NCBI GenBank assembly: GCA_964304625.1
Contig: OZ199838.1
Span: 3,142,147-3,206,146 of the forward strand
Reading direction: 5' to 3'
From: Kudoa neothunni
Taxonomy: Eukaryota > Animalia > Cnidaria
DNA: 64,000 bases
Part shown: in pieces, positions 25,095 to 37,469 of the stretch
How the letters are laid out: each line of letters begins with the position of its first letter
How positions within the stretch are numbered: position 1 is the first letter of the stretch
The notes under the pieces: model-generated
What the model saw: the letters and a program-made list of their open reading frames with translations, nothing else
Told to the model about the DNA's origin: nothing
The model's database searches: none
Position numbers and translations under genes: made by a program

Positions 25095-26307
25095 TTATGT
25101 ATGTTTATGGCATGGTGAATCACAGCCTGTTGTGTATTTGGAATGTTTGTAGTAGGTGATGGTAAATTCATTCGAATGTTTTTTGATTGGCGCGAAAAGA
25201 CACACAATACAGGCCACCGAGTTAATTGCTAGACCAATACCAATGGATTTGACTGCTGGTGACAAAAAAGTGGTTCGATTATCTATAAAATAGTTGAAAT
25301 CCATCCTAAATTCACCGAACAACAAAAAAACAGTCACTTGTATAGATTCCTTCAGTTTGGTGAGAATTTTGCTTTGGCATTTTGATATTATTCCAATGGT
25401 CAATAACCCAATCCGCATTTAGAGCTTTTTTGGGGACAAACGCAATGACCAAACCACATTTGTTATTGGTTTTTAAAGTTATATCTGGAGAGTGGTCGAG
25501 TTTGACCCATAAATTGACCAAAAGTTTTGCCGTTTTTTTGTGATTTTTCCTCAAGGTCGGTTGCGATAGTCAATTCTTGGTATCCAAGTTTTAATCTACG
25601 TTGATTGATAGCTCTTATAAAGCTATTTCTAATATCATATTGGTAGTATTCTTCAATTTTAAAATGTAAAAACAACAAAGCGATACATACACCCAACTAG
25701 ATTACCGTTAGTATCGGAGATGATGGGTGCTCTAGTGAAAGTGGAAATGGTGGTTTTACGGTTGGACTCAGGGTCGAACACGTTGTTCGCGTACTCGCCG
25801 ACAATATTGCCCTTAGGTGAGTAGAGAGCGATGGTAATTTGTTTATTGTTGAAGATCGAACATTGTACACCAATATGTACAGTATTTCTCCATACCAACT
25901 GTGTGAAAGTGTCAGTAACAGCGTTTCCAACGGCTGTATTGTAGTTGTATTGACTGTGACTACTGTACCAGTCGTCAACAATTTCATACGCTTGGATTCG
26001 ATTAAATTCTAAAACCACATTAAAAGCAACAAAACAAATCTCTCCACCAACTTGTGGTTAGATGAATATTTTGTCCGACGTCTGGAATAGAATGTATACT
26101 GTGGAACATAAAGGTTGAATCTCGTTCACTGTTCATTTCCTCAGCGGAGTCTTTGTATTGATCACAAATTTCTTGTGCTTTTTTTGCTAGATAACTATTC
26201 CAAAACAATGGTGCGACATGATGCCGCTGGCGATGATAATTGTGTCTTTTAAGTATTCCAACTTGGAAATTGTTTAGTGAGTCGTGATGTTGGTCTGTCA
26301 TCACCTG
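25095..26307 (-). CDS. Two-domain CAP/SCP (PR-1/GAPR-1/venom-allergen-like) protein; 5' end unresolved; one apparent +1 frameshift at 25533-25539
   Basis: Domain 1: HNYHRQRHHVAPLFWN, GQNIH, VDDWYS, TFTQLVWRNT, YSPKGN; domain 2 (degenerate): INQRRLKLG, VIDHWNN, FLSPAVKSIGIG, IVCLFAP; three phase-1 mini-introns. Confidence 0.85.
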
Positions 26308-27419
26308 CTGTACGTGAGAAAATTGCGTTGATGTGTGAGTTAAAGGATGGATCGATCAGTTAGAATATCCAACAAATAATTAATCTATATTTTGTTGGGT
26401 TATGTGTTTCAATATGCTTGCTGAGGGTACAGTATGAATTGATTCCAGTTGTTATGAATAGAAGTTGATTTACCATATGAAAAAAATTCACAGGTTGGTT
26501 GTTGACATATTTTACACGGAAATATGCTCCTAAAGCCTTGCTTATGTAAAACTACCACTCGATAATGGTAGTTCGCAAATTTTTTCGTCCAATTAAAACT
26601 TTTTGCCAATTAATCCTAGATTTTGGTCCCGTACCCTCGCTGCGTTTTAAAAACAATCCATTCATTAGTATAGTGATAGTTGTATTTGATTCATAGTCAT
26701 TGTAAATAGGCTCACCAAGCAACAGGTTGTATTCATTAATTTAATTCACAATAATTTGATTAAAACCAAGTATATACTGAATAACTATTCTTAAATTCTA
26801 TCTAAATCTATAAATATCCAAAAAATATCATAGAAATAGCATTACTTTTGAAAGATCATTACATTGCGTCTATTTGATGCGCAATGATTAAGTAGTAGTT
26901 TTTGAATTCAAAATTTATTCAGATAAACAATTATATTCAGAACAACAATTAATATAGCAGTTGATGTGCAGTCGAACTAGTAGAAATAGGCATGGTAGAC
27001 CTTTGTGCAGATATGAGAGCTGTATTATTTGTCATGGGAAACAATATGTTTGCGCGGCTCCGACAAATATCCAATTCAAGTTTAAAATACGATTAATAAA
27101 TAAACAGTAACAATAGTGTAACTGAGTAAACAGTTTTCACAACTCATTAATCAACTCATAGTGTCGTGTCAACCAATGATTAGGTCGGCATGATTCAAAG
27201 ATTTAACATTAAAATATAAGATGCAATCACCTGGATAGATTAGAACTTTACTGACAGAAATCGAGTCTGTTAGATAAGAACCTTCCTGGGAATAGACCAA
27301 ATTCACTGGAATAAGATTACCCATCGTAATTTCGATATCAGTCGTTGGTGGAGGGATTACAAAACAGTTTAGAAGGTGATAGTGTAAATATCATTCAGTT
27401 AAGTGGATTATATTGGTAG

Positions 27420-29109
27420 ATGGAAGAAACAAACGACCAAAATTCCACCGGGGAACACCTAACCTCCAACTACATAAATGATCAACACCTCGATAATTCT
27501 CCTGCTTTCGAAATGCACGATAATGTGGTACCAATAACCATGGATGAGTATATTGAGGATGGATTGATTGAGAGTACCGATAATTTATCCAAACAGGATA
27601 CTGACAAGGTTCGATTATCGATTCTCACAACAGCTAATGACGTTTTTGTAGATTAGCGCCTTAAAAACTGGCGATAAACTTCTTCCAACGGATTCAAATG
27701 ACTCAATGGAAAAATTATCGATTAGCGATAGTGGAGACTTTTGGAAAATTGTTAACGAATCCACTATCTACGATCTCATCCCTAAAAGCAACAAAATTAT
27801 CGTGCTTGATGTAGGATTGAAGGTTAAAAATGCGTTCTACGCACTTCATACATATGGTAATCGGTTTTGATGTTTCGAGTTAAATATGGCAGCTTTAATA
27901 ATAATTTCCATATATTAGAAAGTAGAGGAGCACTTTTGTGGAATTCCACCACATCTCAATTTGATGGAATGTTCACTGTGACTGATTTCATATCTACCAT
28001 ACTTTCAAAAAATCCTCACTTTGTATTTGATTCGATCGTGGCTTTTTCTAACGAAATTTCTTTTTTTCCAAGGAATCCATTAATGAGATAGAGAATTCAA
28101 AGATAACTATTTGGAGAGGTACGCTAGATCGGCAGCCATATTAAAAATTATTCTCTCCATTGTAGATATCGGCTGTAATAACAACAAATACAACAATGGG
28201 CTTGTGTATGTGACACCTGACGTTAAGTAATGAATTCTTCTGATTTTATTAACAATATTTATTCAATAGTTTGAAAGAAGCTTTTAATGTGCTTTCACAA
28301 TATCGAATTCACCGTCTCGCTACATTGGATGAAAAAACATTAAATCCAATCTATATAGTCACTCATAAACGAATTCTACATTATATTTATTTGAAGGTAT
28401 TGTTTATGATTTGATTGATTTTTAGAAAATACATTCTAATGTATTTTGTTAGGCCAAAGACATAAAATTACCCAGTTTTTTCGATCATACTTTGAAAGAG
28501 TTAAATATCGGCACCTATAATAATATTCATACGGTTACTTATGAATTTGTGAGAATTGAAAAATTTTATAAATTAATTCTAGATTTCCTACAAAACAACC
28601 ATTCGAGATGCACTCACTTTGCTCATCAAATATTCTATATCCGCCCTTCCGGTTGTGGATGATAACAATAAGTTGGTGGATATTTATTCAAAAAGTGATG
28701 CTTCTGTATGAGTTTTATTTAAATTATTGCAACTAAAATACTGTTATATGTTGATTTTTTTAGATTTTAGCTCACGATCGAAATTACACCATGCTGGATA
28801 ATGCAATCACTAGTGCCCTGCTCCATCGTCAACTTGGCTGCGAAGGGGTCATTCGTTGTCAACTCACCGACACCTTTCATTATGTGATAAAAAGAATTGT
28901 CAAAGGACGGGTATTTAAACTATTTGTTTATTTTATTGACTTTTCATAGGTTCATCGGCTGATTGTTGTCAATGAACACAACAATGTTATTGGTGTAGTT
29001 TCACTCTCTGATATCTTAGGTTTTCTATATAGATCATGTAAATTGGTTGTGCAGATGGATTTAACTTTTATTTTTTCTAGCACACCATCCTTGTGAAACC
29101 AACTTGTAG
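27420..29109 (+). CDS. PRKAG: AMP-activated protein kinase gamma subunit (4 CBS motifs), multi-exon
   Basis: YDLIPKSNKIIVLD, VKNAFYAL, ALLWNS...GMFTVTDFI, IHRLA...VTHKRIL, LNIGTY, ISALPVVD...DIYSKSD, VHRLIVV...GVVSLSDIL; in-frame mini-introns. Confidence 0.95.
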
Positions 29110-29505
29110 ATGTTTTTTGAAAATTTTATCCTTTTCATTAGTCCGTTTTTTTCCACTAATTTTTCCTCTAATTGATAAATTGCCGCTAAATTTGTGAATA
29201 CGACGGAATTTTTATTTCTTAAGCTATTTTGATCTATTTTTCGCTCCCAAACGAAATGCTTAATATCATTTAACTTCCCGACGATAGGATTAGTGATAAC
29301 TTTAATACATTTGTAGTTTCAATGAACAAAATTTGTTTTTTCCTCCGTAAAGTAACTAGGAATGTCTTCTCTATCTTTGTGTATACCCAAGTAGGGATGG
29401 CGGTATTGGAGGCTAACTAATTCCGCGTGTCGCTAGATGGCGAGAATAAATTCAGAATCTTTTTTTAGTTTATTCGAATCTCTTTTAGGGTTAGGTGCCC
29501 TTTAA

Positions 29506-31843
29506 CCCTTTCGTGACAAATGTCCACCCTAGCACCCAACAAATTAATACGTCTATAAATATGTAACTATAGTTTCTCTAGAATATTTCCACAAATATTT
29601 TTATTGTTTTGAAGTCGTATTTACTTTCCTCTTAATATTTAAGAGTGAACGTGATTTAATAAATTTTTATGCTCGATTTTTCATCATTTTTTTAACCCCT
29701 CGTGTTGCAAAAATAACCATATATGAAATAGATTTTTATTTCAAAAATATTTATTATCAATCATACCATTAAGTTTGTATATAAAAATGTATAGAGGATA
29801 CGTAATAATAAATACGATGATAGCGGTTAGTCTTCATGTGGGTACTAGGATAGACATTTGGCATTTGCAGATCTCCGGTGTTTGAACTCATGGATCGAAA
29901 TTTGGTTTTTAAACGTTCTAAAGAGGATAAATTGTTATAGAAGTTGTTATATTTCCGGATACTGATATTTGTGACCCAGAAGAATATGTGGACAACTTCG
30001 AAATTTGTAACTCTGACAACAATTGTGTTGAACTATCTCGGAAACAGTGTACGATTCAGAGAGTTCTGACGATGAAATTGTTGATACATTTAAATGGAAT
30101 ACAGACAACAATACTGAAAATATACCAAGAAAATCAAAAAACAAACATATCGATTTTGATAAAGTTACCGACCTCGTTTTGCCGATGGATTATTTCATTT
30201 TTTTAGCGAGTATATGTATATGTTCGAGGAAATCACTGAACAGACAAATGTATACATCATACGGGAACATTCTAGGTTTAGAGTTGATAAAAAAGATATG
30301 CAAAAGTATATATGAGTCTTGATTATGATGGGAATTGTCAAAATGCCATGATATCGTTGCTATTGGGCAAAACCCCTCAATTATCCTCCTATTACTGAGT
30401 GTTTGTCAAGAGTGAAATTTGAAAATATATGCAAATATATACCTTTTACTGACAATTCAAAAATTATGATAAATTTTCTAAAATTCGGCCAGTTTTTAAT
30501 TCCGTCAGAAAGTCCTGTTTGTTAGTCCAACGTGATAAAAAAAATTCCATAGACTAACAAATGATCCCATTTAAAGGTCGCTATAGAGCCAAACAATACC
30601 TCCCGAAGAAACCAATGAACTGAGGTTTCAAGGTGTTTGCTAGGTGCGGAGTAAATGGAATGATGCACGATTTTCATATTTACGACGGAAATAGACCTAA
30701 TGTTTCAAAAAGTTGTGGATTGATATCTGGTGAGTTTGTGATAAAATTATGCGAAAGTTTACCTTCATCCAAAATATACTTTGTGTATTTGGATAATTGG
30801 TTTACCTCGATTCCCCTTCAGATTTATCTGAAAAATCGAAATATTTATTCTGTGGGTACAATTCGTAAGAATAAAGTTAATGGAAGCCCATTTAAAAGTG
30901 AAATAGACTCGAAAAACAAGGGTGAAGAACTTATGAAATCATTCATGAATTTAACAACTGAATTTCTATAACACGCTGGTTTGACGGATCCATTGTACCA
31001 TTCTCCTCATCTCATTCATCAACGGAACCAATAGACTGCGAAGAGATTTGACAGATCAAAAAAGAATTCTTAATATTCCATGCCCTGTAGTTGTCGCGGA
31101 ATACAATAGCAATATGGGCGGAGTCGACTTGTCTGGCATGCTTATGTCGCTCTATGATATAAACCATACAAGCAAGAAATATTATTTTTGGATTTTCTTT
31201 TTGACTCTGAATACATGCAATGTAAGTGCATGGCTATTCTACAAAAGAAATTGTACCATTAGAAATGTAACGAAAAATGAAACATTAGATTTAACGCATT
31301 TTTCATTAAAAATAAGTGAAACCCCTCAATATCATCGTCAGGTACCTTGTGCCCTCAGAAAACGAGGTAGACCGTCTTCGAATAACTCCATGGTAAACAA
31401 TGATTCTACCGAAATCGAAAATATTCCAGTAAAATTAAATCCACTTAGAGATCACATAAGATTTGACCACATTGGACATTATCCTGAGATAATGTCCCCA
31501 AAGTCTAGATGTAGATTATGTCAATGAAAAACCCAACCAATGTGCATAAAATATCATTGCTATTGTTGTCTAGAAAAAGCAGGAATTGTTTTAGAAATTA
31601 TCATACCGAGAACCTATAAAATCTTTACAAATCAAAACGATTCTTTTTTATGCTCAAATGAGTGAGCAAAATGGTTATTTTACTACGAATGCCAACTGTC
31701 CACCATAGTACCCATTTTAAAAATATTCTACAAGATTTTATAAAATCTTTAATTCAATAAACAACAATAAAATTGGAATAATTAGAGTCTATAAATGTGT
31801 GTAAAAAATTTTTTTACAAAATAAAAAATTTGTCACGAAAGTG
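29506..31843 (+). mobile_element. Near full-length piggyBac transposon with pseudogenised transposase
   Basis: TTAA TSDs at both ends, TIR CCCTTTCGTGACAAA/CACTTTCGTGACAAA, subterminal repeats (29518, 29839, 31688); motifs SID*QMIPFKGR, YLPKKP, YLDNWFTS, YNSNMGGVDL, RCRLC with stops and frameshifts. Confidence 0.95.
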
Positions 31844-33636
31844 TTAAGGCAATGAATTCATGGAGTTGGGGGTATTGTTTTCTAAAAAATGTTTAGAGCA
31901 GCGGCTCTTAACTTAGAATCCATAGACTCATCCAATGGCGTCATTGGATGATTTCAATAAAATTCTAATCAAATTTTATCAGCGTACTTTCACTATAATT
32001 AGGTTTTTAATATTAACGAAATTATTAATAATATCGGATACACCCTTGCGTTATTTCTTCATATAAATATTTTATATTTATTACTAAATCCCTTTGTGTT
32101 ATCATTTATTTTGGAAAAGATCTATAAAAACAAACCTCATTTAGTAAGTTATCTGATAAAAATTATAAGCCCCCAAAATTTTTTCTAATATTTCAGACTA
32201 CAATTGGATTCATTACTCCTTTTTACCACAGCCTATTTTTGCGAATCTAAATTTTCCATGCTGGTTGCCATAGAAACAGTCACGAAATCACTTATATTCG
32301 AATTAATCATTCAAATACTTTTCAAGATTACAGTAAACTTTGAAAAAAAAGAGTAAAACAATATAATTAAATATTCTCTTCAAATGTCTATTGTTATACG
32401 TATGAAATATGTGTTTTGTATTAAATTCGCATTACATTATATGATGACCTTTTCTTGTGTAACCCATTATTTTAACAAACGCAATAACTAACGAAAATAA
32501 ATATTTTATATAGCCAATATATATCAATTATTATAAGAGCATTTTTGCTTAGAAATTTCTATATGAAATTTACTTTTACTTGTAATTTTAAGCAAATATG
32601 TGTATAAATGTTAATCCAGTAAATTTCAGTCTATTTTTTATTTTAAAACATTATGCATCATAATGTTTATTTTATTATAGTTTTTATAATTTTTAACAAA
32701 ATTTCCAGGATGCATTTAAAGTTGCCGATTTTTTGAAGACCTACAATAATTCGATCCTTATTGATTAAAAATTGTTCATATATATTTAAAAAAAACCATT
32801 ACATACTTAACTTACATGAAGAATATTTTACTATAATTGGGAATAAAAAATAAATAATTTATGTTAAAAAATTTTATGCATGAAAATGAAATGAGATCCG
32901 TGTTAAGTCCACCAAACACATTTAGTGTCTGCAAGCAAGAATATTTAGAACCATTGCTTTAGAGGAGGGCTAATTTCGATACCACCGCAGAATTTAAGAC
33001 GAAGATTTGCATGTTAGTCACTACAATATCTAAAATGTTTATAGAGGCAGCTATAACTCTACAGATTTGTAAATTACTCTTCGAAATGTATTTGATGAAT
33101 GAAAATAACGGTATCTATTGATAAAAAAACTCCATATTTTAGCTTGTTTTTATTTGCGCGAAAGAAATGCGGTTCGGTAGTTTTTTTAATATCTTTTTCC
33201 GCTTGTGTAGATTAATAATGATTAATTCACTACATTAACAATAATACATTTTTTTCATTGATTACACAATGCACGTATTTAGAAACATTATAGAACAAAA
33301 ATATATTTATTTGCGATAATTTTATTTATATTTTTAATATCTATCTGTAGGAAAAATTTTCAACGTTTCTAATGTTTATTATTGCGGTTTTGACATGAGA
33401 ATGATAACGAGATTAAAACATTCCCAATATTTAATGAAATATGGAATTATGTTGAAATTTGGATACAAAGAAAATTATTGTATTTTTTTACTTTATTTAG
33501 CAAGTACAAAATAAGAATTACGACTAAGATAGGAGTTAGAAATAAATGAGTACGACACCCGCGCAGGCGTATGTTACCGCATAGATTAATTCTAAGATAG
33601 TTGTAATCTAGGGATATCTCCAAAATCAACATAATA

Positions 33637-36600
33637 ATGAAACGGTCGAATCCTCAAAATTTTTTCAACCCGCGAAAAATTATTAAAATTGACGAATTAA
33701 TCAAAGTTGTTTTTATTTTTGGTAAGTCATTAATTCTGTATAAAGGGGCCAAAGGTTTCAAATGCAGTCTCTATTGAAGATGAATTGAAAAATGAATTTG
33801 ATCAGGATTTCACTATTGAAAATGCCATGCAGGAGATACCGATTGAAAAGATTTTCCCTCCTATTGTATCGAAAGATGAAGCAACAGCCAATGATTTATT
33901 TTTGGATGAGGAACTTTTCGAGGATAAATCCTCCGAAATCGAGCCTCAATTTTATAACCACTTAAAGATTGATCAACCGGATAATTTGGTATCGGTCACT
34001 TCGGTGATAAATGGAATTGAATGTTCTCGAAAGGCCAACATTATGGAATATTATGGCGGGGGAGTTGATGTGAAAAATAAATATTTTATTATTGGTTCAT
34101 TGGTGCATCGAATTTTTCAGTATCGTCTCTACCAACTATCCACTCATTATAACGGTAAACTGGATAACAATCTTCAATGTGAGGGGGACATGCAAATTTT
34201 GGTTGGACAAATTCTCCAAACTCAGGATCTCATCATTGAGATGTATTTGGCAGACCTCTCTGAGGAGGATATTCTGCTGGATATGAAAGCGTATTACAAA
34301 ACAATTTTGTTCTACACAGACGTGTTGCTTGGTAATAAAAACCTACCTGCAATCTCACCTTTATCCACAACTATTGGTGAATCACATTTGACGGTGTGTG
34401 ACATTGAAGAAGTGATTTCGTCGAATAGATTTGGTCTCAAGGGTAATGTGGATGTCACATGCTTGCATAATGGATCTCATATTCCCATCGAATTAAAATC
34501 AAGCAGGTCATATGGCAGAAGTGGTCGTTTGGATCACAGAGCCCAATTGATTCTATATCAATTGTTACTCTCTGAAGTTTACAATAAGGAGGTTGATACT
34601 GGATGGTTATTATATTTGAGAGATGAGGGAAATATTATTGAAGTAAAATGTCATGATCAAGAAGTTCAACATCTTATCAATATACGCAATACCATCGCAA
34701 ACTACCCAGTGGATAAATATCTTGGAGACTTTGCATCGGAGAATACATGCCAACGTTGTCCCTATGTTGGTAGTTGTCAACTGTTGGCTGTTTCTAATAA
34801 GGAGTCCTTGCCAACACATTTAAATTCGCCACCTAATAATTGCGTTATTCCACCAGAATATTTAAAATTTTTTAATGTATGGAGGAGAATAGTTGAACAG
34901 CTATACACAGATGAAAAAGAAGAAATGAAAGCTACCAATGCAACCAATGCTTCCTCGTTGTTATTCCCCTACGATATCAAAATAAAGAGCTGCAATCCGC
35001 TAGACTTAGGAAAGCAGTACATTTTCAAATGTGAAATCGTAAAGTCGTTTAGCTTTGAAAAACAAATGACACGCATCAAAAAAACTAAAGGCATTATCAA
35101 AAATTTCAATGTTGGTGATTTTGTGATAATGCAATCTCGTGGATTAGTAAAAAACACCTGGAAATGTAATATCCAAGCTATCGATAAAAACCATGTGATT
35201 CTGGCATCATTTCGACCTATTTCAATTGCTCATCTAACCAAACGATTTACACTGGAAAAACAACCACATAATACAGACTTTAAGAGTTATAATCAACTAC
35301 TGCTCAGTTTTATACTGGATAACAGTGAGCAGAACTTAATGTTAAAAAATCTCATCATCAACCAAACAACACCTACATTTAGAGAGTTACGGGTGGACGA
35401 TGGTTACAATATTGAAAGTTATGCCAAAGGTTTGAATTGTGACCAAGTGAACGCATTGAAAAAATGTTTAACTGCTAACAACTACGCCCTTATTTGGGGA
35501 TTGCCAGGCACTGGGAAAACCACTACAATTGCCAGTTTGGTTCATATTCTTTATAAAACCAACCATAAAATACTGATCGCTTCAAGCACCAATAATGCAG
35601 TGGATAACATACTTTTGAAGTTGGTTGATCGAGGTGTGGATTTTTTAAGAGTTGGACCGAAAAATCGAATATCACCATCACTCCAAAAATATTCATTATC
35701 CACATTTGTTGATGACAACACGTTGGATTCGTTTCATTCGAATATTGATAAAATTTGTGTTTTTGCTTCCACTTGCTCTTCATTATACAGCAAAATTTTC
35801 ACAAAAATTAACCAATTCGATGTGTGTATTATCGACGAAGCTTCCCAGGTGATGTTGTTGGATTTGATTCCTGGACTTGTGTTGGCGAAAAAATTCATAC
35901 TTGTCGGAGACCACAAACAACTCCCACCAATTGTCAAATCGAATAATTCCATTTTTGATGAAGCCAAAGTCTCACTTTTTGAAAGGTTGTTTGGCTTTCA
36001 TCATCAAGCTGTTGCTCCACTCACTATTCAATACAGAATGCCTGACCAAATCGCTAACATTTGTAGCAAGGTTTTCTACGATGGAATGATGAAATCAACC
36101 CCTAACAACGAATTGATTATAAAACAATGGGCTCGTTGTTTTAAAGACATTCGATCAAATGAGTCTATTTGCGACAATTGGATTAAACAGGCGCTCTCCT
36201 CTACTTCCTCATCCATTGTTTTTGTTGAGACTGGAAATTGCCAATATGTCGTATCCAATGATATTTTAACACCTAGTCAGGAGGAGTTAGACCACATCTC
36301 CACGACTGAAGCTAAAGCTGTGGTCAAAGTGATGAAAGTCCTATCAAACTATGGGATTAATATATCTGAGGATGTTGCAGTTATAACCCAGTTCAGAAAG
36401 CAAATGGAACTCATTGAGAAATTGTGTCTACCATTTAATATTCCTGTTGAGGTGCACACAATTGATCGATTCCAAGTTGGAAATTGTTGTTTTTATCGAT
36501 TTATTGATTTGTTTGTTTTTGTTAGGGCTGCGAAAAGGATGTCATACTGTTGTCGTTTGCTGTCAAAATGAACAAATCCAATCTGCGTCCTAACTATGTC

Positions 36601-36762
36601 CATTTAAATTGCAATCGCTTGAATGTGGCTTTGAGTAGACCAAAGAAAAAACTATTGATGTTTGGGTGTGCGGAGTTACTTTTGGCTCATTCCAAAGAGT
36701 TCTCGTCTGTTTACAATATGCTAAAGAACCAGAATGCCATTTTCACATTAGATAATAACTGA
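33637..36762 (+). CDS. DNA2: DNA2 nuclease/helicase, 3 exons
   Basis: PDNLVSVT..CSRK, GSLVHRIFQ, KGNVD..IELKS, CQRCPYVGSC Fe-S nuclease; SF1 motifs GLPGTGKTT, DEASQ, VGDHKQLPP, LTIQYRM, TIDRFQ|GCEKD, RLNVALSR; short first exon from ATG 33637 and last intron at ~36476-36525. Confidence 0.97.
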
Positions 36763-37469
36763 TTTTATTGTGTATACAAATTTTTATTTGTTCTTTTGGA
36801 GATAAAATTGTAAATTTATATAAATCTATGATTTTAAAATGATTGACAGTCAATAAAAAATTTTTGCATTTTCGGCGAGATAGTTAAACCAATTCTATAT
36901 TGTTTTGGCAATATACATTAGTAAGTAGTAGTTAACATGCTAAAACTCTACTACATCTAAGTTGTTGAACTTGAAAATTCTCCTGAATTTCCTTTAAAAA
37001 ATTACATTCAATTGTTTAACGAACTCAATCTATTTTTGCTAAAGTGTGAATAATTTATCCATTATATTTTGTTTCGGTTATATTCGCGATTATAATACTT
37101 TTAAAGTAATGTTTGTTATTTTTTTATTTAATCTCTGGTTATATAAGAATAATATTTCATTAAAAAATATTTTAACAACTCTAATCATCAGATCATAGAA
37201 GAATCTTATAATTTGGGCGATTTAAGAGAGATATAAAATTCTAAAAATTATTTTATAAATGTAAAAATACTTTTCATACTCCGTAAAGTCGCCATCATTA
37301 AAGAATATTCTTTAATTTTTATTTTATCTAACTTTGTTTAACTAAACTTTATAATTATTAAAGTTCCCCTAGAAAATTGTGCTCTCGATTGACTTTACTC
37401 AATTTTAAACCATTCATTTTTGTTATTTATCGTGTTGGTTCAATATTGGAAATTTAGATTATATGGAAA

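Noticed and set aside
14760-25539. Euplotes-type programmed +1 frameshifting or an alternative genetic code
   Set aside because: The A7 sites are not followed by stop codons, identical runs are read in frame in gamma-tubulin, and conserved genes translate and terminate correctly in the standard code
33785-34800. Cas4-like Fe-S nuclease suggesting a CRISPR or casposon system
   Set aside because: It is fused to an SF1 helicase in an intron-containing gene, the normal DNA2 architecture; no repeat-spacer array or cas genes in the window
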